Positions 1 to 10,112 of a stretch of DNA of 45,707 bases are shown in pieces; within the stretch, counting starts at the first letter, position 1, and every line of letters begins with the position of its first letter. A program made the translations under genes and the position numbers. The DNA lies in contig NOWV01000120.1 in the NCBI GenBank assembly GCA_003344405.1, positions 186,001 to 231,707 on the forward strand. The letters run 5' to 3'. The notes below the pieces were generated by a model that saw nothing but the letters and a program-made list of their open reading frames with translations, was not told the origin of the DNA and made no database searches. Source of the DNA: Trichoplax sp. H2 (Eukaryota).

Positions 1-60
1 CTGGAAATACTCGTCGGATTAAAATAATTCGTATCAATTGTTTTCCGTCACAACTTGCAG

Positions 61-1171
61 GGTATAGACAGTAGAGTACCGTCTAAATTTGATGCGTTGA
101 TACTGGTGAAATGTAGCAGAACCTGTTTTACAGCACATGTACTACTGGCAGCTTTGATGCAACTTGTAGTACAATACTGCATACTAAAAGTCAGCGTAAT
201 AAAAATATCATCTGAATGTCATAATGGTACACGTAATAAGCCTTTTTCAATTAGCTTGTCATTGTAGGATGAAAAGTATAGGATGCTACCAGGATATTTC
301 TTTTAGTAATTCCTCATGGTGCAGTATCACAGCTTACGGCAGAAGATTTTTAATTAAAGGAGATTTATGATTCAATTTCATATTTGCTATTGCTTTGCTC
401 CATACGCGAGATGAAAAGCGAAGTTAGGTGGTACTGTAATTACTCTAATGTTGTCTGATTAAAATCGCATTCTTCTAGTACACATCATCATGTGGCTAAT
501 TAAAAGTCCCTCAATGATATAATTCCTTAGTTTTTATTAGTATCGATACTACTTTCATGTCCTATATCCTACAAGCGAGTTGGAATAACAGCGTAATTCT
601 GGAGGTGGGTTTCATGATTCTATCAATGTCTCTTTTATCAACTGTATAGGCTTTAGCAGTGATACAAGCCCATATTCCAATGATTACCATTTATCGTCAA
701 CAACTGTCCAAAGTAGACATGGCTACGTGAATTAGTATCGTTTTGCAGAATATGATAATTAATAAGAGTAACGATAGTAAATTAAATTAATGTACTCGTA
801 TTCACTGACAGATCTACGGACAGTGTTGTACGGGATTGGCACTTTGTCAGTAAACATCTGCATACAGTAAGATGATAATTAAGAAACGGACAACCATCAC
901 AAATGCTGGACGATATTGGATGATCAAAAGTAAAACTTGAAAGCAGAAAGAGAGAGATCTACTTTTATGTCTAGAGCAGTAATTACTGATCACTTTTAAT
1001 GAATTCATTACCATCGCTGTTCGATTTACTCAATTACTCTAAATGTACTGTATCGTAAGCTGGAAACACATGTTGCGTTAGCCACGTTCCAATGAGAATT
1101 TTTTGAAGGGATTTAGTAAACTAGAAAGTATTGTGATAAAGGAATGGAAAGACTTTGAGAACCATAACTAA
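61..1171 (+). CDS. 3' part of an unidentified multi-exon protein-coding gene (5' end outside window)
   Basis: Six phase-compatible GT-AG exons: 61-105, 268-305, 541-604, 650-726, 812-866, 1109-1171. They join into an open frame GIDSRVPSKFDALILDEKYRMLPGYFFYIDTTFMSYILQASWNNSVILEALAVIQAHIPMITIYRQQLSKVDMATSTDSVVRDWHFVSKHLHTGFSKLESIVIKEWKDFENHN*. No family recognised. Confidence 0.6.
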
Positions 1172-2104
1172 CACCTTATTAACGAGGCTGGTAAAGCAAT
1201 CATTCTATACAAGTAACACAAGGATCAATAATCAACCAAAGGACTGGCCGATCCAAGACATATTTCACCAACTGTATTGACAATATTTTATCCTATCAAG
1301 CCCAATCACAAACTGATAAGAAAGTAGTGATATGAATTGTTGCGAAAGCGTGCACGCTGTTTTCTGAGTCTATAGCAATAGTTTTAGTCTTCCTTTTGTT
1401 GTGGTAGATGAAAATGATCTTTTGGAAGTGTCGTAGCTCCTCAGGAATAACTATCCAATACCCTCTGGTCGAATAATTAATTGATCGATCAATACTACTC
1501 CGTCACGTTCACAATTTGGTGTCATTTAGGAGCACCTTGATCAATCAATCTCTACCCAAGTCTACGCAAGTGTACCCATTTCTACGACGATTTTCTTCTT
1601 TACTAGACCTACTTTATTCACTAAATGGTCATGTTGATGACGTCGATGTATTCCATGTTACTATTCAAACGCCATGGGTAATATCTTATTGCTGTAGGAC
1701 AGTCCACTGTTGATTGCAATTCTGCTACTGTATTTTACTGAATTTGTACCTTAGTGATCAAGACGCAGTTACGCCAATTCTATTGTACAGCAAGTCAAAA
1801 TTATGATGTACAACAATTTTCAAATGGAGCATATAGGATGAAATAGAGCTCAACTAAATGTTTACATTCAAGACTGAAGTAAAATCCATTTCCTAGTAGA
1901 AATACCTGCTTTGCAATTTGCGAAATTCTTGACCTAGCAGAGAGCATTTTTTTTCCTTCTTTGATTGCAAGTGCGAGCTGGAAGTCTGTGGCCAGATAAT
2001 TAGCTTGACTGGGCTTGTGTGGGTCGATGCGAGTGCAAGATCGAGGTTTTGTTGTACGTGTTTCGATGGCACTGAAGCACTCAAGACGAAAGACTACCTT
2101 ACAG

Positions 2105-2532
2105 ATTACAGTACGGTACGGTACAGTACAGTACTGTACCGTACTGTTCAGACAAAGTGTATACTGAAAGATACAGTACTATGTACGGAGGCCAATGCTG
2201 GGCGTTGTACAGTATAGTACTGTACACTGTACAGTACTAAAATAAAACAATAGGACTGTAGAAAATTTGACGATGTACTGTAGCAAAATTGGCGATTCTT
2301 TTAGATATTTTGCAGCGGATGTTCAATAAAATAGAAATATAGCTGCGAATTTGAAATTTTTGACTCAAATGCTGCTGATTTATAAACAATTGAATAGAGT
2401 TCATCCATTTTTGGCACTTTTATTTCATTTTGAAAAATCGGAATAGAATTTCCAAACGTTGTACTGTACAGTACAGTGCTTTCTGTGACGTACTGTACAC
2501 TGTACTGTACAGTACAGCACAGTACTGTACAC
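2105..2532. promoter_or_regulatory. TACAGTA/TACTGTA motif cluster, putative (possibly bidirectional) promoter region
   Basis: Dense overlapping (C)AGTAC/GTACTG units at ~2105-2285 and ~2460-2532. The same clusters lie just upstream of ECH1 and AMT. The regulatory role is inferred. Confidence 0.4.
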
Positions 2533-3448
2533 TTGGTTCTTTACCCTGTCCGCCCGTCTTGAGTATCCGTATAGACTGTACAGACTGTCGTGACGACAGA
2601 TGACACAAGCCTGCCTTGCTAAAGATTGACGGGTCACAAAGTGTGACCCCTCCACCCCCCACAGGACCCTGAGCTAAGAGTGCCGGTTTTCAGCCTTGTT
2701 AATCATCACTTGTTAGATGCAGCAGAGGATTAAGGGATTCTACTAATATCATTCATAATTCAACAACAGCAACTGTGCAATGGCGTTCCTACAACATATA
2801 ACAAAATGCAAAAACTGGCGTTCACTGATAGGTATAACTATTATCATTTAAAACGTGCCAATAAAAATTGTTGTACCGTAGTAATCAGTACAACACTTGC
2901 TGTATTAGCGGGGAGTGTGTTAGTTTTGCATAACGTTATTATTTTATTTATTTATTTGTATACTCTCAGTTGATTTCCTTCAAGATTTGACAATACATGA
3001 CATTCTTAACTGTTGACGATAAAGCTACAGTACCATATAATTTGAAAATTCTTGACAGGCTTAGTGGTAGCTATTGACCGTCGGTAAATCGCCATAATTC
3101 CTACTTTTTATCAATCTAATTATTATGAGTAAGTTCCATCTTCGTAAACGATACGATACTGTACTGTACTGTATGCAATTGTGCAATGGACATATTCAAT
3201 CAAAAGAGAGGAATAGACTGTACTTGTTCACACTCTCATGCCCCATATCTATCTAGATTAAGTCTACTAGCAGTAAATACCCCCGTTACAATAATGAATC
3301 TGGCTCATTCTAATGCGATTGCATCCTCTATTTCTGAACGATGACTATCATGTACTTTATCAAAGTTTGCAGTTCGCATCTTGTCTTTAAATTAGGTTTG
3401 TATACCCATAAAATATAGTATTTCTTATAATTATTTACAGTATAGGCG

Positions 3449-3490
3449 CATGGTCTACTAGATACGCCATACTGTATCTAGTAGTCCATG
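3449..3490. repeat. 17-bp inverted repeat with 8-nt loop (second copy at ~6615-6656)
   Basis: CATGGTCTACTAGATAC-gccatact-GTATCTAGTAGTCCATG; one mismatch in the stem. Confidence 0.85.
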
Positions 3491-4527
3491 AAATGCGTAT
3501 ATAAGGCAACTGATTGTTTTGGCCTTTAAGAAGGTGTCAACTATCGGCTTGAATATCGAACTATCCGTCAAATCGTTGGTCTTTCAAATATTAAGTTATC
3601 CAGGTATCGCCAACTATCATAGCAAGGACTTACATGTCACAAAAGTCATCTTCGTGACATCTCTATACCAGTAATATTGATGATCTCCTTAACTGTAGCT
3701 TTCGTGGTTAACGGTTGATGTGATAGCAATCCTTAATGTAGGATTAGATAAACTAAAATAGTAGTTACCAACTGGTTTAACTTGATTGTATCTATCACCT
3801 CGAAGAATGTTAAGGTTGAAAGTACAATTTTGAAGCTCAGATGAAATATTTTAGCATACTCGATCTTTGATTATATCTACGTAGCAATAGCAACGGATTG
3901 GTATTGCAAGTGGCAATGGTGTAGATTAAAAAACGCACTCTCAAACGTTGTTGTAAATTAGGGATATTTCTAGCTCATAACATCATACTACTGTACTTGC
4001 AAGATATCATATTATTGTTTGCAGCCTTGCTTGCAAGCCTTAGCAGGGATTTCTAAGAGAAATTCGCTGGCTGTGCAGCGAATTCAGAGAGCTCAACAGA
4101 GTCTAAAATGGACACTCCACATTTGATCATTCAACTACGGCAGCCCAGAATATCCAAAATGTCACAGCTCACGCATGTACAGTGTACAGTATACTCATTG
4201 TACTGTACAATGTACTGTGCGTACGTTGGATACGGTACGGATTACGAAACTGTACCGCTGTACTGTTAGACCTGAGAAAGGTTCGGTTCAATACCTTTAT
4301 ACTGTATGATCTATATGTAGGTACTGTACTCTACTCTACTTCTTTCAGAGGTGCAATTTGTCCCGTGTAGGCGCGGCGCAGCAGTAGCCTAGCAACAGCG
4401 TAATTTGTACTCCGTAAAATATCCAATATTGCGATACTGTAACTACTGTATCTAAGTAACTATCTCGCTCTTCGAGCTAAAGGCAGGCCTAGTCGCCTTT
4501 GCAAAGTACGGCTAGGCGTTGTAGGCT

Positions 4528-5654
4528 ATGGCTTTATTTCGTTGTGCGATGGTGCACCGTACGTTTGATACTAACTTGCATCAAGGCTTAGCTAGCTAGG
4601 TAGACTATACTAAGGAAATTGCACAACTGTTGACACATTACATTCTTCTCAATATTTTATTCAACGTAGTCCAGTCTAATTTTCAATTAATTAAATAACT
4701 TGAAATCCATTTCATTGAAACTGACCTAGTATTCTACATTCAAAATTTTTTAAAATAGCGTGTGAGTAATTCAAAATAGAAATGTAATAAACGTAGTAAG
4801 GATTACTATAGTGATGCCGTATGATGAAGTATTCACGCGCTTTCTATCTACATTAACGTAAAAAGCGTACTTAGCCTAACGCATATAGTACGAACTAGAT
4901 AGATCTCAGACGATTCCGTACTACAACACGTTCTTGAAAATGTACAACCACTGATTAGGAGTGATTACATGATACAAACACTAACCTGTAGTCACTACTC
5001 ATTGTAGAACTGGTGACTTCTATTCGAGAGAGGCTTAACTTTCATTAATCCTATTTAGGCCACGGCAGAATGATGTCTTCGTATCAATTTAACACCTTGC
5101 AAGTGGAACAAACAGGCGATAATGTATATCATGTGCAACTTAATAGACCAGACAAGCGTAATTCTATAGATGACGATATGTGGAAGTAAGTAGTTGAACA
5201 TTCAATACACAAGAATAATCTGCAACTTGATATTATACAGACTTAATTGAAAGCTCTGAATCATATTGGTCACGTTGAATGAAAACTAACCAATTTTTTT
5301 GGCTATCGTGATGCTATATCACTCACTGTATGACATTGCTAGAGAAATCCCACAGTGCTTTGATAGTCTGGGTACTGATTCGTCATGCCGTGTTATTATT
5401 TTATCTGGAGCTGGTAAGATGTTCTGTTCAGGTGAGAAACGTGCCTAACAATCCTATGCGTATACTAGTCTAGTCATCGCGAAAAGTTATGGTACTCTAG
5501 CTAAAGTATTTTTTGCACTTTATTTAACGCTATAGGTATCGATCTCTCTGTTTTGGCAATGCTACAAGATCCCAATCAGGAGGTTGCTAGGAGAGCCATT
5601 GCAATGCGTATTGGTGTGAAAAAATTTCAGGATGCCTTTACCTCAATTGAAAAG
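4528..5654 (+). CDS. ECH1: Partial ECH1 copy (exons 1-4 only, truncated at the assembly gap)
   Basis: Exons 4528-4585, 5059-5185, 5343-5431, 5536-5654 match the complete copy, with an intact frame from MMSSYQF...LNRPDKRN...SGAGKMFCSGIDL...FTSIEK. Confidence 0.85.
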
Positions 5655-5767
5655 GTTCCTAAAAACATCTCATCAATTTTTGATACTGTATATTGTAATA
5701 GATCTAAGTAGTATTACTAGTTCCAACTCAATCTTACAGTAAGACTCGTCGAATTATTAAGTAGTTT

Positions 5768-5787
5768 NNNNNNNNNNNNNNNNNNNN
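5768..5787. other. Assembly gap (20 N)
   Basis: Run of 20 N exactly between the two duplicate copies. Confidence 1.
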
Positions 5788-8700
5788 AGCCTGCCTTGCT
5801 AAAGATTGACGGGTCACAAAGTGTGACCCCTCCACCCCCCACCGGACCCTGAGCTAAGACTGCCGGTTTTCAGCCTTTTTAATCATCACTTGTTAGAAAC
5901 AGCAGAGGATTAAGGGATTCTACTAATATCATTCATAATTCAACAACAGCAACTGTGCAATGGCGTTCCTACAACATATAACAAAATGCAAAAACTGGCG
6001 TTCACTGATAGGTATAACTATTATCATTTAAAACGTGCCAATAAAAATTGTTGTACCGTAGTAATCAGTACAACACTTGCTGTATTAGCGGGGAGTGTGT
6101 TAGTTTTGCATAACGTTATTATTTTATTTATTTGTATACTTTCAGTTGATTTCGTTCAAGATTTGACAATACATGACATTCTTAACTGTCGACGATAAAA
6201 TTACAGTACCATATAATTTTAAAATTCTCGACAGGCTTAGTGGTAGCTATTGACCGTCGACAAATCCGCATAATTCCTACTTTTCATCTATATTATGAGT
6301 AAGTTCCATCTTCGTAAACGATACGATACTGTACGGTACTGCATGCAATTGTGCAATGGACATGTTCAATCAAAAGAGAGGAATAGATTGTGCTTGTTCA
6401 CACTCTCATGTCCCATATCTAGATTAAGTCTACTAGCAGTAAATACTCCCGTTACAATAATGAATCTGGCTCATTCTAATGCGATTGCATCCTCTATTTC
6501 TTAACGATGCCTATCATGTACTTTATCTGAGTTTGCAGTTCGCATCTAGTCTTAAAATTAGGTTTGTATACCCATAAAATATAGTATTTCTTATAATTAT
6601 TTACAGTATAGACGCATGGTCTACTAGATACGCCATACTGCATCTAGTAGTCCATAAAATGCGTATATAAGGCAACTGATTGTTTTGGCCTTTAAGATGG
6701 TGTCAACTATCGGCTTGAATATCGAACTATCTATCAGATCGTTGGTCTTTCAAATATTAAGTTATCCAGGTATCGCCAACTATCATCGCAAGAACTTATA
6801 TGTGACAAAAGTCATCTTCGTGACATCTCTATACCAGTAATATTGACGATCTCCTGAACTGTAGGATTAGATAGACTAAAATAGTAGTTACCAACTGGTT
6901 TAACTTGATTGTATCTATCACCTCGAAGAATGTTAAAGTTAAAAGTACAATTTTGAAGTTTAGATGAAATATTTTAGCATGCTAGATCTTGATTATATCT
7001 ACGTAGCAATAGCAACGGATTGGTATTGTAAGTGGCAATGGTGTAGATTAGAAAACGCACTCTCAAACGTTGTTGTAAATTAGGGATATTTCTAGCTCAT
7101 AACATCATACTACCGTACTTGCAATATATCATATTATTGTTTGCAGCCTTGCTTGCAAGCCTTAGCAGGGATTTCTAAGAGAAATTTGCTGGCTGTGCAG
7201 CGAATTCAGAGAGCTCAACAGAGTCTAAAATGGACACTCCATATTTGATCATTCAACTACGTCGGCCCAGAATATCCAGAATGTCACAGCTCACAAATGT
7301 ACAGTGTACAGTACAGTACACTCATTTTACTGTACAATGTACTGTGCGTACGTTGGATACGGTACGGCTTACGAAACCGTACTGCTGTACTATACTTCTT
7401 TCAGAGGTGCAGTAAGTCCCGTATAGGCGTGGCGCAGCAGTGGGCCTAGCTGCGGCGTACTTTGTACTCCGTAAAACATCCAATATTGCGGATACTGTAC
7501 TGTATCTAAGTAACTATCTTGCTGTTCGAGCTAAAGGCAAGCCTAGTCGCCTTTGCAAAGTACGGCTAGGCGTTGTAGGCTATGGCTTTATTTCGCTGTG
7601 CGATGGTGTACCGCACGTTTAATACTAGCTTGCATCAAGGCTTAGCTAGCTAGGTAGACTATACTAATAAAATTGCACAACTGTTGACACATTAGATTCT
7701 TCTCAATATTTTATTCAACGTGGTCCAGTCTAATTTTAAATTAATTAAATAACTTGAAATCCATTTTATTGAAACTGACCTAATATTCTATATTCAAAAT
7801 TTTTTTAAATAGCGTGTGAGTAATTCAAAATAGAAATGTAATAAACGTAGTAAGGATTAGTATAGTGATACCGTATGATGAAGTATTCACTCGCTTTCTA
7901 TCTACATTAACGTAAAAAGCGTATTTAGCCTAACGCATATAGTACGAACTAGATAGATCTCAGACGATTCCGTACTACAACACGTTCTTGAAAATGCACA
8001 ACCACTGATTAGGAGTGATTACATAATACAAGCAGTAACCTGTAGTCACTACTCATTGTAGAACTGGCGACTTCTATTCGAGAGAGGCTTAACTTTCATT
8101 AATCCTATTTAGGCCACGGCAGAATGATGTCTTCGTATCAATTTAACACCTTGCAAGTGGAACAAACAGGCGATAATGTATATCATGTGCAACTTAATAG
8201 ACCAGACAAGCGTAATTCTATAGATGCCGATATGTGGAAGTAAGTAGTTGAACATACAATACACAAGAATAATCTGCAAAGTGATATTATACAGACTTCA
8301 TTGAAAGCTCTGAATCATATTGGTCACGTTGAATGAAAACTAACCAATTTTTTTGGCTATCGTGATGCTATATCACTCGCTGTATGACATTGCTAGAGAA
8401 ATCCCACAGTGCTTTGATAGTCTGGGTACTGATTCGTCATGCCGTGTTATTATTTTATCTGGAGCTGGTAAGATGTTCTGTTCAGGTGAGAAATGTACCT
8501 AACAATCCTATGCGTATGCTAGTATAGTCATCACGAAAAGTCATGGTAGTCTAGCTAAAGTATTTTTTGCACTTTATTTAACACTATAGGTATCGATCTC
8601 TCTGTTTTGGCAATGCTACATGATCCCAATCAAGAGGTTGCTAGGAGAGCCATTGCAATGCGTATTGCTGTAAAAAAATTTCAGGATACCTTTACCTCCA

Positions 8701-8821
8701 TTGAAAAGGTTTCTAAAAACATCTCATCAATTTTTGATACTGTATATTGTAATAGATCTAAGTAGTATTACTAGTTCCAACTCAATCTTACAGTAAGACT
8801 CGTCGAATTATTAAGTAGTTT
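5788..8821 (+). repeat. Copy 2 of the ~3.1 kb duplication
   Basis: Collinear with 2608-5767 and continues into unique ECH1 exons 5-10. Confidence 0.95.
7298..7505. promoter_or_regulatory. TACAGTA/TACTGTA cluster upstream of ECH1 (duplicate at ~4175-4450)
   Basis: GTACAGTGTACAGTACAGTACA...TACTGTACAATGTACTG...TACTGTACTGTA within 300 bp of ATG 7582. Confidence 0.45.
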
Positions 8822-10112
8822 CACACCTATAATTAGAATCCTTGAAGCGTATTACATCGTTTAACTAATTCGATGATTATATACATATTAGTGTCCCAAA
8901 CCTGTAATTGCAAGTATACATGGTGGATGCATTGGAGCCGGTAGTATTGTTTATTTCTCAGAAATAAAAAAATTTTTACAACATCAGCTGCATATCACTA
9001 TTGTTGATCGTATATTGAATTACTTTGACAGTGAAGCTATAATTTTTATGCTATCTTATATGTGCGTTGTAACTTACACTAATCGTATTACTTGTGATTT
9101 AAAGGTATCGATATGACAAGTGCTTGTGATATTAGACTTTGTTCTCAGGATGCTTTTTTCTCGATTAAGGTAAACGATGAGATTTATTCCAGCTGGTATA
9201 TATAAAATTATATAAGATAAGCCTCTTTAATTAATACAGTAACAAAGATGCATACTTTATCTTGTTCAAATTGAAGGAAGTTGACATGGGATTAGCTGCT
9301 GATGTTGGTACATTGCAGCGGTTTCCAAAAATCGTGGGAAATGATAGGTGCGTATTTGTAATTATAGCTCGTCAAAGTCTAGTATAAGCATCCTATGATT
9401 AAATTACAGGATATGGTATTTGCTATTGTGCTGCTTGAATTCTGTACATTCACTCTTAAGTGAATGTCATATTAAGAATTCTTTTTATAACACAGCTTAG
9501 TTAGAGAGTTAGTCTATACAGCAAGAAATTTTTCTGCTACTGAAGCGAAAGATATTGGCTTTGTTAGGTAACTGATATTAAATATGTATCATTTGCCCCA
9601 CCATACCATAAATGATTTGGAATAATAATAATGATATGGAAAATTTAATGTCTTTAGTTTATCTGATATAGTTATTTTAATGAATACTTCTACTAATTTA
9701 GTTCCGTTCACGCCGACGCCAAAACTCTTACTGACGCGTCAATAAAATTGGCTACCAATATTGCCAGTAAAAGCCCTGTTGCAATCACGGGTTCAAAAAT
9801 TAATATGAATTATTCTCGTGACCACTCGGTGGATGAAGGTTTAAACTATATTGTAAGTCTAATTCTATCATCAATTATTTCCATGCTTCAACAAAGTAAT
9901 ACTGCTATTGTATACAAATAGCGGTACGGGTATAAAAACGGCAATGCGTGGCATTATTGTTTCATTTTCATACGTTATATTCTTATCATTTACGAATATT
10001 TAATTTTATACGTTAGGCCAACTGGAATATGAGCATGCTGCAATCTGAAGATTTAATGACGTCAGTCCAAGCAGCTATGACAAAGACTCCGCCAAAATAT
10101 AAAGACCTTTAA
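7582..10112 (+). CDS. ECH1: Delta(3,5)-Delta(2,4)-dienoyl-CoA isomerase (crotonase superfamily)
   Basis: Exons 7582-7639 (tentative), 8113-8239, 8397-8485, 8590-8708, 8892-8940, 9105-9169, 9277-9347, 9496-9567, 9702-9852, 10017-10112. ECH1-diagnostic motifs: CPKPVIASIHGGCIGAGIDMTSACDIR, KEVDMGLAADVGTLQRFPK, SKSPVA, YSRDHSVDEGL, WNMSMLQSEDL. If exon 1 is not joined in frame the start is ATG 8124. Confidence 0.95.

Larger units (their letters stand above)
2608..5767 (+). repeat. Copy 1 of a ~3.1 kb near-identical direct duplication (likely haplotype/assembly duplicate)
   Basis: Starts AGCCTGCCTTGCTAAAG, matching 5788, and ends TTAAGTAGTTT at the N gap, matching 8811-8821. Differs by scattered substitutions and a few indels (copy 1 has extra ~45 bp near 3700 and ~65 bp near 4270). 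Confidence 0.95.

Noticed and set aside
2550-2700. 28S rRNA-like CCCGTCTTGA and vault/tRNA A-box-like TAGCTCAG (- strand)
   Set aside because: Matches are 10 nt or less with no flanking similarity and no B box.
2780-4150. Protein-coding gene in the duplicated segment upstream of ECH1
   Set aside because: Candidate exons on both strands hit stops, need introns under 30 nt, or have splice sites and frames that differ between the two copies.
2005-7415. ORF-track ORFs rich in YSTV/TVQY/YCTV (2005, 2420, 2425, 4182, 7230)
   Set aside because: They are translations of the TACAGTA repeats.
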